Below, piece by piece: positions 27,262-36,500 of a stretch of DNA of 64,000 nt (position 1 is its first letter; each line of letters starts with the position of its first letter). The notes beneath the pieces are model-generated. The model saw nothing but the letters and a program-made list of their open reading frames with translations, was not told where the DNA came from and searched no databases. This stretch comes from a virus. The stretch lies in the IMG/VR virus record IMGVR_UViG_3300048921_000363, positions 1-64,000 of that record. One strand, written 5' to 3'. The position numbers were made by a program, and so were the translations under genes.

Positions 27262-27918
27262 TCATTTCCCCCTCAGATGCTTCTGCAACTCAAAGTTGAG
27301 TTCCTGCTGCAGGACGTGCAGCAACTGTTCGTCGGCCTTGCGGATCCAGCTCTCGAAATGTGGCCGTGCCTGCTCCAGCGACACCTTGGCTTTCGCCAGT
27401 GGAAAGCGGCTGCCGTGTTCGGCGATCCAACCCGAACTGGCCCCGCCTGCCCCGCTGACATCGCTGTCGGGGTAGTCACTGGCGTCGAAATGCTTGCTGG
27501 CTGTGCGGATCCAGACATCCGCACTGTTGCCGTAGACCTTCTTGAAGAACGCCCCCTGAAAGCGCCGACCGGCCACCGACACACCGGACCGACTCTGCCG
27601 AGGACGACCGATGCGGCTGGCCTCCATGGCGTTGAGGCCGAACCAAAGCTTGCCGCTGTTCGCGCCACCGCTGACCGGGTAAGCTCGCAGCCGCTGCCGC
27701 ACAGCAGCCACCGCAATGCGCTCCTGTCGGCCAACGGCGCGGGCAATTTGCGTAGCGAGCCATCGCAGGGTTTTGTTGATGGCTCGCCGCTGTGCAGCAG
27801 CAGCGGCCTTGGGCACCAGGGCGGCGAAATCCTGAAAGGCTTTCAGGTCTGCCGCCGAAGTCTGCAAGGAGATCATCCCACCGCCGGTCGAGGGTTTGAA
27901 GTAGCTGCCCACGCTCAT
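27262..27918 (-). CDS. Minor tail protein Z-like
   Basis: RAINKTLRWL basic protein in neck position. Confidence 0.65.
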   Translation of the reverse strand: MSVGSYFKPSTGGGMISLQTSAADLKAFQDFAALVPKAAAAAQRRAINKTLRWLATQIARAVGRQERIAVAAVRQRLRAYPVSGGANSGKLWFGLNAMEASRIGRPRQSRSGVSVAGRRFQGAFFKKVYGNSADVWIRTASKHFDASDYPDSDVSGAGGASSGWIAEHGSRFPLAKAKVSLEQARPHFESWIRKADEQLLHVLQQELNFELQKHLRGK

Positions 27919-28235
27919 GGCCGTTTCCTCAGGATCAAGGCGACAAGTCCGTCACCGCCCGGTTCCAGCTGCAGCAGGTCGTAGTCGCCGCCACCGTCCA
28001 GCTCCGGCAGATCCACGCTGACCAGCAATCCCCTTTTCAGTCCGTGCGAATCACGGACGCGGATCTCGAACTTCGGCTCACGCAACGCCGTTTTGAGGCT
28101 GCCCATCTTGGGTTGCATCCACGGCGCGGCGAACATGCCCAGCACCGGTTCGTCGCAGCCCTCGATCCGGGCCTTGTCGCCGAGCGTTTCGAACACCGTG
28201 TCATCGATGTCCTCCAGCAACTCGCGAAAAGACAT
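27915..28235 (-). CDS. Head-tail joining protein
   Basis: 106 aa after capsid gene, EPGGDG motif. Confidence 0.65.
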   Translation of the reverse strand: MSFRELLEDIDDTVFETLGDKARIEGCDEPVLGMFAAPWMQPKMGSLKTALREPKFEIRVRDSHGLKRGLLVSVDLPELDGGGDYDLLQLEPGGDGLVALILRKRP

Positions 28236-28237
28236 GA

Positions 28238-29233
28238 TCAGAGCTCCAGAAGAACCTGTGCACGAGGACGAGTGCACAGGTGCAGCGGGTTGGACTGGGC
28301 CTCACCGGCCACGCCCTTGTTGAATGGCAGAGGTTCGAGCTTGCTGTAATAAGGCAAACCTTCGGTGTTGACCGTTTCCATGTAGTCGGCCGGTGCGAAG
28401 GTGGAGATGTAAAGATCAGGCACGCCTTCCGGCACCAGCAGCGCCTTGTCATCGTGGACGAACGAAACGCCCGCAACTTTGCCGCGATAGCGCTCCCAGA
28501 CAATCCCGCCGAATTCAAAGCTTTCTCGCGCATCACCACGTAATGCGGCAGCCTGCAGAGTATTCAGATAGGTGTCTGTGACCGATTTGTGGGAGATCAG
28601 TTTGCTCCAGAAGTTTTTGCCGCAGAATGCGCGCGAGCCGGAGCTAGTCACGCTGCCCAGGGCATCTTCCTGCATGTCCAACGCTTCGCCGGCACGCTCG
28701 CGCACATTCGTATCGAGATTGTTCAGGCCCATCGACATTTTCTGGCGGTTGACGCCAAAGGATTTGTAGATGTCCAACAGCACCGTCTTACCATCGGCAT
28801 CCAACACCTGGCCGTTCAATGCGCCCATGCGCTGAAATTCGTGGGTGGCGTCCAACTGCCGCCGCGCCTTTGCCAGACGCTTGTTGACCACATCCTGTAC
28901 AGACTGAAGCTCAGTGCGCGTTCCGAACGCGCGGATACCTTGAATCTCGTCGGCCTTGATGGTGAAGCGTTCCGGCAGGTGCACAGTATTGAAGGGGATC
29001 AGCGTCCGCTTGCTTGCGCCGACCACCAGACCAGAGGTGCCGCGCTCCCCTGCTGGGACCAGTGCCAGGGTGTCACCGTCTTTCTCGATCTGCACGGTCA
29101 GGGTGGTGGTGCCTTCCTCGCGGAACAGGCCAAGGCTGCTGATGCGGCCCGGCAGGTATTCCTGCTCGTTGATCGCAGCGGTCAGCGAGGGGACGCTGAA
29201 AGCATCGTCTTCAAAAATGGCGATATCGGCCAT
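28238..29233 (-). CDS. Major capsid protein (lambda E-like)
   Basis: SLTAAIN, EFQRMGALNG, QSNPLHLCTRP. Confidence 0.9.
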   Translation of the reverse strand: MADIAIFEDDAFSVPSLTAAINEQEYLPGRISSLGLFREEGTTTLTVQIEKDGDTLALVPAGERGTSGLVVGASKRTLIPFNTVHLPERFTIKADEIQGIRAFGTRTELQSVQDVVNKRLAKARRQLDATHEFQRMGALNGQVLDADGKTVLLDIYKSFGVNRQKMSMGLNNLDTNVRERAGEALDMQEDALGSVTSSGSRAFCGKNFWSKLISHKSVTDTYLNTLQAAALRGDARESFEFGGIVWERYRGKVAGVSFVHDDKALLVPEGVPDLYISTFAPADYMETVNTEGLPYYSKLEPLPFNKGVAGEAQSNPLHLCTRPRAQVLLEL

Positions 29234-29295
29234 GAGTATTCTCCAGAAACGAAAAATCCCGCACTCAGCGGGATGTATATAAGTGAGGGATCGAC

Positions 29296-29640
29296 TTAAC
29301 GGACGATCACGAAATGAGTGGCGAGGGCCTTCTCGGCGGCCAGATCCAGGCCGGTCAGATGGGCTTCGCTGACCTCGGCCAGCCGCACCACCGCGCGACC
29401 GCGCCGCACGACATCGGACTCACCGAGCGGGCCGTAGAGAATGGCAACAGCGTTTTCCGTGCCGTCTTCTGCAGTCGGGCTGTACGGGGCGAATTCGCTG
29501 CTCGCAGTTACCAGTCCGAGGATCTGTCCGGGCTCCAGCGCCGGGCCTGCCGCGACGTTGATCGCTTCGCGGGAGATGTTGCCGGCGCCCTCGGACAGCA
29601 GGAATTCGCCTGCGTGCATCGGTTCCAGTTTGGAGGTCAT
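29296..29640 (-). CDS. Head decoration protein D
   Basis: EFLLSEG..SRE, GQILG, DGTENAVAILY. Confidence 0.85.
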   Translation of the reverse strand: MTSKLEPMHAGEFLLSEGAGNISREAINVAAGPALEPGQILGLVTASSEFAPYSPTAEDGTENAVAILYGPLGESDVVRRGRAVVRLAEVSEAHLTGLDLAAEKALATHFVIVR

Positions 29641-30779
29641 GGTCTTGCTCCTTTCGAGGTTGGGGACTGTGCGGCCTGACGGGCCGCCCAGATCGAGGAC
29701 GGATCGGGTTGTTTGGCTTGAATTTTGAGCGGCGGGTCTTCGTTCTGCGGCAAGCTGTTGTCGATCTCGAAGCCCCCGCCTTTGCCCACGACTTTGTCGA
29801 AGAGCCGCGCACGCACGGCGCTGGCATCCAGTCCGGCCTGCACAAACTCCACCGCGAACTCTGGCAACCGGGCGGCCACGCACAGATCGCGGATCGATTT
29901 GGCCTGAGTGATGGCGGCCTTCACCGTCGCCTCATCGACCAACTTGGTGGTGGCCAGCAGTGGCTCGATGAGGTTGCTCATTCCGCCCTGGTTACAAGAC
30001 TTGCTGATCAGCAGAGCCAGCGCCGCTGCATCCGCACCTGGCTCCGTTGGTTCAGGATCGTCGATCACAGGTTCGGTCGGCTTCGCGGGTTCGTTGAGCA
30101 GATCCAGCAACGCCTGGGGAGTGTGCTGGTACTTCTGCATCACCGTGCCCTGCCCCAGGCACGCTTTGATCTGTACACCGTCGCCGACCTCGTCGGCCAA
30201 CCCGAGGGCCACCGCTTCGCGGGCCGTCAGCCAGGTCTCTGCATTGACCAGACGCCGCAGCTCGACTTCGTCGATGTTCGGAGCCTTGGCCTTGTAGGCC
30301 GTGATGATGAGTTCCAGCGCTTGATCCAGCGCGGTCGCGACCTTGCGCATGTCCTCGGCATCACCCGAGGCATACGTCCAGGGATTGTGGATCATCAGTG
30401 CGGCGTTTTCCGCGATTACCACGCGATGAGCGCCGCAAACTGCAACGCTCGCGGCACTGGCAGCCAAGGCATCGACGCGGCCGGTGCAGCGTTCGCCCAA
30501 ACGCTTTAGGGCGTTATTAATGGCAAGACCGTCGAACAGGTCGCCGCCGATGCTGTTGAACGCCACAACAATCGGTGATGTACCGTCATCCAGCTCGGCG
30601 AGATCGCGCACAAACTGATTGGCGGTGATGCCCCAAGTGCCGATCTCACCGTAGACGTACACCTCGATAGTGCTTTGTTCTGCTTCACCGCTGGCCCGGA
30701 GGCTGTACCAGTGTTTGTCTTGCATGGGCGGTTGCCCGTCCAGTTTGTTGAAGATCCGTAGTGGGAACGGCGGTTTCAT
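29637..30779 (-). CDS. ClpP-type head maturation protease
   Basis: NSIGGD, LAASAAS, MIHNP, ETWLTAREAVALGLAD. Confidence 0.92.
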   Translation of the reverse strand: MKPPFPLRIFNKLDGQPPMQDKHWYSLRASGEAEQSTIEVYVYGEIGTWGITANQFVRDLAELDDGTSPIVVAFNSIGGDLFDGLAINNALKRLGERCTGRVDALAASAASVAVCGAHRVVIAENAALMIHNPWTYASGDAEDMRKVATALDQALELIITAYKAKAPNIDEVELRRLVNAETWLTAREAVALGLADEVGDGVQIKACLGQGTVMQKYQHTPQALLDLLNEPAKPTEPVIDDPEPTEPGADAAALALLISKSCNQGGMSNLIEPLLATTKLVDEATVKAAITQAKSIRDLCVAARLPEFAVEFVQAGLDASAVRARLFDKVVGKGGGFEIDNSLPQNEDPPLKIQAKQPDPSSIWAARQAAQSPTSKGARP

Positions 30780-32260
30780 GGTTTCTCCTGGTCGTCAGGG
30801 TGAGTATCGACCTCGACGAGCGTTCGGTAATTGAGGCCCAGCTTGCGGGCACGTTGGGCGTCGGCCGCGTTCTCCGCATCGACGGCTTCGGCGTCGTAGC
30901 CAGTGCGCAGGCACATCTCACTGCGCGAGGCGAATCCGGCATTGACCTCCAGCATTCGCGCTTGCACGTCCTGTACTGGTTGGATGTAGGCCCAGCCTTG
31001 CGGCACCCAGCGAGTGCGCAGAAATTCGCGGCGGCGACTGGCGTAGTCCGGTAGGTCAATCACCCCAGCCAGCACGGCCATGTCCAGCCACGCGGCGCGT
31101 ACCGGCCGGCAGAGCTGGTGGATGTAGACGTTGAATTGCAGCTGTTCGAGGCGGCGTCGGAACTCGTTCAGCACCACTCGCAGCGCCCGGTCGTTGATGC
31201 CTTTCATGTCACCGGTGAGGATCTCGTAAGGCGTGTCGGTGCCGGCTGCTGCGGCCATCAGTTGCTGACGCATGAAGTCCGGGTAGTTGTTGCCGGCGTC
31301 CGGTGGATTGGAGAACTCGACCTCCTCACCGGCTCCCAGCTCCTGCATGGTGCCAGGCTCCAGCGCGACCATCGGCGTGAAGCCGTCGCGGTCGGCGGTG
31401 ATCAACTGGCCGGTGACCGGGTCGCGAGGAACCTGCCCCATGTCCGGCGATGGGCGCTTGATGAAGCCGGCAAACAGGTTGGAGACCTCCTGCCGGAACA
31501 GCACCGCGTCGTCGTAGTTGTCCAGGCTGCGCAGCCGCTTGAGAACCGGCGACATGCGCGGCACACCGCGCAACTGACCCGGTTCCAACGGTTCGAAGAT
31601 GTGCAGCACCTGGCTGGACGGTACACGCACCAGCTGGTTGTAGCCGCTGTTGAGCGACGACGCGTCTCGCGGGTGCGAGCGATACATCCAGTAGGCTACG
31701 CGCTTGCCGGCCGGGTTGAACTCGATCCCGGCGCGGATGATGTTGCCGTCGCGGGTGGTTTCGAATTTGTCGTGCGGAACAAATTCCGGTGCCAGGGTCT
31801 GCAGTTGCAGTGGCACGACCAGGCCTTCGTCGAGACCGCGCGGACGCAACCGGACAAAGCACTCACCCGCCGTTTCGACCGTGCGAGCCACCAGCGCCTG
31901 CTGCCCATAGAAGTCACAAAGGCCGTCCGCATCCGACTCGTCGGCCCAGTCGTCCCATAGTTCTTGCAGCAGCGTGCGCAGTTCTTCGTCCTTGACCTTC
32001 GGGCGCGGTGTGATGCCGGTGCCGATCAGGTTGCTGACGCGCTTGTTGATCGCGTTGGCCGCATACGGGTCATTGCGTACCGCTGCCCGCGACCGGGCTC
32101 GCAGGTTGCGTAGTGCCGGGGTGTTGATGCTGTTGATGCCGTTATCGGAAGCATCCCAACTGGCCGAACGACGGCCCTCTCCGGCGCCTTCGTAGCTGGC
32201 CTTGATGTTCGATGGCAGCAAAAATCCGCTACGCGTCAGTGCCGGAAATTGTCGAGACAT
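30776..32260 (-). CDS. Portal protein, lambda family
   Basis: LRARSR..RND, GQLRGVP, PYEILTGD, W..IQP. Confidence 0.92.
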   Translation of the reverse strand: MSRQFPALTRSGFLLPSNIKASYEGAGEGRRSASWDASDNGINSINTPALRNLRARSRAAVRNDPYAANAINKRVSNLIGTGITPRPKVKDEELRTLLQELWDDWADESDADGLCDFYGQQALVARTVETAGECFVRLRPRGLDEGLVVPLQLQTLAPEFVPHDKFETTRDGNIIRAGIEFNPAGKRVAYWMYRSHPRDASSLNSGYNQLVRVPSSQVLHIFEPLEPGQLRGVPRMSPVLKRLRSLDNYDDAVLFRQEVSNLFAGFIKRPSPDMGQVPRDPVTGQLITADRDGFTPMVALEPGTMQELGAGEEVEFSNPPDAGNNYPDFMRQQLMAAAAGTDTPYEILTGDMKGINDRALRVVLNEFRRRLEQLQFNVYIHQLCRPVRAAWLDMAVLAGVIDLPDYASRRREFLRTRWVPQGWAYIQPVQDVQARMLEVNAGFASRSEMCLRTGYDAEAVDAENAADAQRARKLGLNYRTLVEVDTHPDDQEKP

Positions 32261-32466
32261 CAGATCCCCTTGCCTCCGTGACTGATCCGCACGACCCGCG
32301 AGCGCGGAGGGGCAGCACTGATAAGCGAGCTGCGGATTTCTTCACGAGCGCGGAGCAGTTCGTCGACGTCGCGGTATTCCACCGTTCGGTCGCTGTAACG
32401 CACGGTCTTTTCACCGCGTGCGATGGCGCGCTCGATGACATCGAGATGTTTTTGAGTAAAGGACAT
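32260..32466 (-). CDS. gpW-like head-tail joining protein
   Basis: AIARGEKTVRYSDRTVEYR. Confidence 0.85.
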   Translation of the reverse strand: MSFTQKHLDVIERAIARGEKTVRYSDRTVEYRDVDELLRAREEIRSSLISAAPPRSRVVRISHGGKGI

Positions 32467-32467
32467 A

Positions 32468-34495
32468 TCAGCGTCTCTTCAGATAACCGCTGGTGGAACT
32501 GCGGCGTTGAGGGGGTGCGGCTGGGCGTGTCTGCACGACCGGCGCGGCAGGTGGTGGTGGCGCGGCTTGAGCCTGTCGTACAGCAGCAGGCTCAGGCGTT
32601 TCCCCGTCGTCGACGCGCGCCCCCTGAACTGGCTTGATGCCGAGGGCATCGTCGAACAGACCAGACTGGGCCAGTGCCTGACGCACCCGGTCCCAGTCGT
32701 GTTCCTGGTAGCGGTTGATGCCGAGGTAATGGGCCATGGCCAGGCAGTACACCATCAGGTCGAGCGCTTCGTTACGCTCGGCCTTACCCTTGACCCATTC
32801 GATGCGTTTGTGGCCGCGCACGTAGCGCACGACCTTGCGCTCGGCGACGCACTGGGCAAAGAACTCGTCCGGCAGGTCATTGGCAAAGTGCAGCGATCCC
32901 GGGCCGTCCGGGAACGGATAGCGGTTGTAGATCCAGTCCTTTGCCGTGTCGGTGCCGACGAACCAGAGCTCGGCGCCGTTGCGTTCGGTCTGGCCTTTCC
33001 AGGTCACGTCGACCAGGGATGGGCGCTGTGCGATGACCGGCCTGCCCGGCTTGCTTGCGCCTTTGATGGCGAAAACGTTGCGCCAACGACGTACACGGCA
33101 GAACTGATAGACCTCGTCGGTGTGGTGACCGCCGGAGTCGACGCCAACGGCAAGGATGCCCAAGCCGACGCCGCAAGGATGCCGGTAGCGAGCCTTGAGT
33201 TTTTCGTCCAGTACGGACCAGGTGCGCTCGTCGGCTGGATCGCCCCAGATGACCTGGTGATCGACCACCCAGCGCTCCATGCCGACGCCGAAGCCCATCA
33301 CCATCATTTCCAGGCGGTTGGCCTGGACGTCGACGGCACCGGTCAGCATCAGCACACCGGCCGGCATCGCGCCGAGGGTGTAGGTCTCCTGCCGCGCCCG
33401 GGCGATCAGCACTTCCGCTTTGGTCTGTTCGAGCGCACTGTCCCAGACCTTGGCCAGACGGGTGTTGTAGAACACCTGCATCAAGCTCGTGTCGCCTTGG
33501 GCCTGGGCTTTTTTGGCGTCCTCGAATTCTTCGGCGAGCGAGGCCCAGTCCATCCAGCCGGTCGGCGAGTAGAGGGAGTTGAGATGGAAGCCGACGGTCT
33601 TGCCGTCGCCGCTGCCATGGGCACGCCATTCACCTCGAGCAAGCATGTCGCTCTTGTGGTGTTCCTCGATCAGCACATCGCATTCAGGGCCTGCGCACTG
33701 GTAATGCACGGTGCTGTAGTCCTTGCTGTAGAGCAGGCGTTCCCATTCCAGCACCTGCATATGGCCGCAGGTGGGACATGGCACGTAGTAGTAACGCTGG
33801 TCACTGGAATCGAACAGGTCGGCGATTCGCGAGGCGCCCTTGATCGTCGGCGAGCTGGAGAAATAGATCTTGGCATTGCGACCGAAGTTGGTCGCCCGCG
33901 TCTCGGCCAGCTTGATGGGATCACCCTCCTGGCCGACATCATTCTCCCAACGGTCAACTTCGTCGCCGTAGATGTAGCGTGCCGACAGCTCCGATAGGTT
34001 GGCCGCAGAACCGGCGGTGGTGACGTACAGCGCCCCCCCCTCGAATTCCTTGGTGTCCATCGTGTTGCGCGCATCCCGCGAACGGGTGGCCGCGACACGT
34101 TCGCGCAGAACAGGGGTGGCCTTGATAGTCTTGCTGATCCGCCCCGATACGCGCTTGGACAGGCCGAGGCTGGGCAGCAGCGCCAGGATGTTCGACGGCG
34201 CCATGTGGATCAGGCCGCCCATCCAGTTCAATGCGATCTGGGTTTTCATCAACTGCGAGGCCACCATGGTGACCACGCGCCTGCAGGGATGAGCCGGCGA
34301 CAGGCAACGCATTGGCTCGCGGGCGTAAGGTGTCCGTGAGGTGCGGTACTGGCCGGGCTCGGGGGCACCGGTGTCTCGCGGGATCCGCATGTACTCGTCG
34401 GCCCATTGATCGATCCAGAGATCTGGGTCGGGGCGCAGTCCACGGAAATATGCCTCACGGTACACCTCTGCACCGTCAGGAAATTCCGTGTGCAT
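32468..34495 (-). CDS. Terminase large subunit (lambda GpA family)
   Basis: ASQLMKT, GDEVDRW, SSPTIKG, CPTC, VDVQ, RNEALD. Confidence 0.95.
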   Translation of the reverse strand: MHTEFPDGAEVYREAYFRGLRPDPDLWIDQWADEYMRIPRDTGAPEPGQYRTSRTPYAREPMRCLSPAHPCRRVVTMVASQLMKTQIALNWMGGLIHMAPSNILALLPSLGLSKRVSGRISKTIKATPVLRERVAATRSRDARNTMDTKEFEGGALYVTTAGSAANLSELSARYIYGDEVDRWENDVGQEGDPIKLAETRATNFGRNAKIYFSSSPTIKGASRIADLFDSSDQRYYYVPCPTCGHMQVLEWERLLYSKDYSTVHYQCAGPECDVLIEEHHKSDMLARGEWRAHGSGDGKTVGFHLNSLYSPTGWMDWASLAEEFEDAKKAQAQGDTSLMQVFYNTRLAKVWDSALEQTKAEVLIARARQETYTLGAMPAGVLMLTGAVDVQANRLEMMVMGFGVGMERWVVDHQVIWGDPADERTWSVLDEKLKARYRHPCGVGLGILAVGVDSGGHHTDEVYQFCRVRRWRNVFAIKGASKPGRPVIAQRPSLVDVTWKGQTERNGAELWFVGTDTAKDWIYNRYPFPDGPGSLHFANDLPDEFFAQCVAERKVVRYVRGHKRIEWVKGKAERNEALDLMVYCLAMAHYLGINRYQEHDWDRVRQALAQSGLFDDALGIKPVQGARVDDGETPEPAAVRQAQAAPPPPAAPVVQTRPAAPPQRRSSTSGYLKRR

Positions 34496-34499
34496 GGGT

Positions 34500-35102
34500 T
34501 CAGTCCGTTGTCATGGCGTGTTCAAGGTCGGCTGAAGAGAGGCGCTCGGCTTCTTCCAGCGTTCGACGGAAGGTGGCCGTCAGGTGTTTTTCGATCAGCC
34601 AGGGATCGGTCATAGCCGCGAGATCGTGGGACAGTTGCGGCAACGGGCCGAACAACTGGTCGCGCAGCAAACGGCCGGCGTTGTAGGCACCGGTCTCGAC
34701 CGCTTCCTTGGAGACCAGTGCGCCCTGGGCTTTGCCCAGCTCAATCTCGGCCAGCTTGGCCATGTTGTGTTCGCGCAGGGCGCGGGCTTTCTGGAAGTCG
34801 GGCAGCTTGCCGTCGCCGGTGATCACCTGCGGCGGCGCAGCCGTGGAAGTCGGCTCGACGGAAGTGGACAGTTGGCTGTACACGTCGCGCTGAATCCGGT
34901 CTTGTTGGTGTCGCTCGGCGACGGCGGCTTTGCTTGGGTCAGCGGTGTCGCGAATCAGCGCTTCGCTGGCCGGCACGTCCACCAGTTTTCCGTCCGGCGA
35001 CAGCACCAGGCGGTTGTTGTTCTTCAACCAGGTGATGTAGCTCGGCGCCCTGCCGATCCGCGCCGCGAAGGCGCTTTTCGACAGGTAAGTTGGTTCTGTC
35101 AT
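34500..35102 (-). CDS. Terminase small subunit
   Basis: N-terminal HTH SKSAFAARIG, ARALRE; upstream of GpA. Confidence 0.8.
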   Translation of the reverse strand: MTEPTYLSKSAFAARIGRAPSYITWLKNNNRLVLSPDGKLVDVPASEALIRDTADPSKAAVAERHQQDRIQRDVYSQLSTSVEPTSTAAPPQVITGDGKLPDFQKARALREHNMAKLAEIELGKAQGALVSKEAVETGAYNAGRLLRDQLFGPLPQLSHDLAAMTDPWLIEKHLTATFRRTLEEAERLSSADLEHAMTTD

Positions 35103-35268
35103 AAGCCCTCCTTTCAACGGCTTTTCAATGCAGACCTTTAAATTTCAATGGATTGAATTTCAGTAAGCTGGGGGCGCTCCCGCTAACACTTTCCCGCGGG
35201 TTTCCGACCCCGTGTCCTTCAGATACCCCTAGGGTCCCCGGCGGTTTTCGGCGCACCAGATCGGTGCA

Positions 35269-35613
35269 TCACCCCTGCTCGCCCCCGGCCGGCGGGACTT
35301 CGCAGACGCCCAGCCGTTTGGCGGCCCAGCGTTCGTACAACCCGATGGCCACATCGGCACCGGCCATTGCCGTCAGGCAACCCAAGGCGCCCGCCGTCCA
35401 GATCGACATGCCAGCGGCGATCATCAACATCATCGCCGACACCCCGCAGACAATGCAGGCCCCGGACCGAAGCGCGAGGCGGCGCATCAACGCCCAGCCC
35501 CGCGCCCCATCCTTGTCGGCCCGCCACATCTCCCCCGATACGCCGCCGACTAAAGCCAGGACGATCACTAACCAGATCGGCATCTCTGCCAGCGCTTGTT
35601 GCTCGTTTGTCAT
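35269..35613 (-). CDS. Phage holin (pyocin PA0614-like)
   Basis: Three TM segments, GGVSGEMWRADK. Confidence 0.85.
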   Translation of the reverse strand: MTNEQQALAEMPIWLVIVLALVGGVSGEMWRADKDGARGWALMRRLALRSGACIVCGVSAMMLMIAAGMSIWTAGALGCLTAMAGADVAIGLYERWAAKRLGVCEVPPAGGEQG

Positions 35614-35629
35614 CGCCAACCCCTAAACG

Positions 35630-35656
35630 CAAAAACCCGGCGCAATGGCCGGGTTT
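35630..35656 (-). terminator. Terminator upstream of holin (late antitermination target candidate)
   Basis: AAACCCGGC CATTGC GCCGGGTTTTT on minus strand. Confidence 0.6.
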
Positions 35657-35845
35657 GGTGGTGTGGTGTCTGCCGCTCTCTGCGGTCGCACCTATCGAAG
35701 ATGACTACTTTTTACAGGTCGATTCCGGTGGCAGCAACCCCGGTTTAATGCCACCCGGCGAATAAGTGGGTAACACCGGGTGAACGCCTAGCGAATGTCG
35801 GCGAATATCCCACCCCGGCATTCTGCTGTTTCGGCGGCGCCCCAT

Positions 35846-36115
35846 CTGTCCCACCATTCAGAATCGAAGTGGGACGTCTGAGAGCGCCTAAATCAGGGGC
35901 TTTGCCCCACTGTCCTACTTATCTCTCTCCTTTCTCGTGTAAAGGAAGAATCTTAAAGAACACGCGTGCGCGTGAAACGCGCGTATTGCTGCCCGCTACG
36001 CTTACACGGGCGGGAGTCACTTTGTAGCGGGACGGTGGGACAGCCCAACAACGACAAGGCCAGCACCTGTCCCACTGCATCAAAATGCAGCGGGACAAGA
36101 CGGGCCAGCGGGACA
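35846..36115. repeat. GGGAC/GTCCC iteron-like cluster, putative replication origin
   Basis: About nine (G/T)GGGAC-like motifs in both orientations around a purine-rich and CGCG core, close downstream of primase-helicase. Confidence 0.55.
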
Positions 36116-36140
36116 TCAACAGCCGGACGAACGCCTGGGA

Positions 36141-36500
36141 TCACGCAGCCAACCCCATCATCACGCCGAAGATCTGCAGGTGGGCGTCATGCAGACGCTG
36201 GTAGTACGTATCGCGGCCGCAACCGCAGTGCGCGTACCGCAAGCGCATATCAATATCGAGCGTGCAGTAATGTTCCCGCACAACCGTCACCAGCTCGGGC
36301 GCTAGATGCTTGGTCACGATCAACTCGATGTCGAGGGAACTCTCCAGCGGCGCACGAAAGGCCCGCCGCCCACGGATCAGTTGCCCATTGCTCTCCATCA
36401 TCATGGCAACCATGTTCCCCCCAGCAAGCCCCCCTTTCGAATGTTCAGAATGCAGCTCCTGCGCCCACAACCGAAGCAGCGAATCGATCTCCTTAATCAA
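36141..36500 (-). CDS. Q-like/PA0613-like late transcription regulator
   Basis: IDSLLRLWA N-term and TYYQRLHDAH C-terminal HTH-like; upstream of late operon. Confidence 0.6.
   Translation of the reverse strand: MIKEIDSLLRLWAQELHSEHSKGGLAGGNMVAMMMESNGQLIRGRRAFRAPLESSLDIELIVTKHLAPELVTVVREHYCTLDIDMRLRYAHCGCGRDTYYQRLHDAHLQIFGVMMGLAA

Noticed and set aside
35150-35260. cos site of the lambda-like head module
   Set aside because: Position upstream of terS is plausible but no cohesive-end sequence can be assigned with confidence
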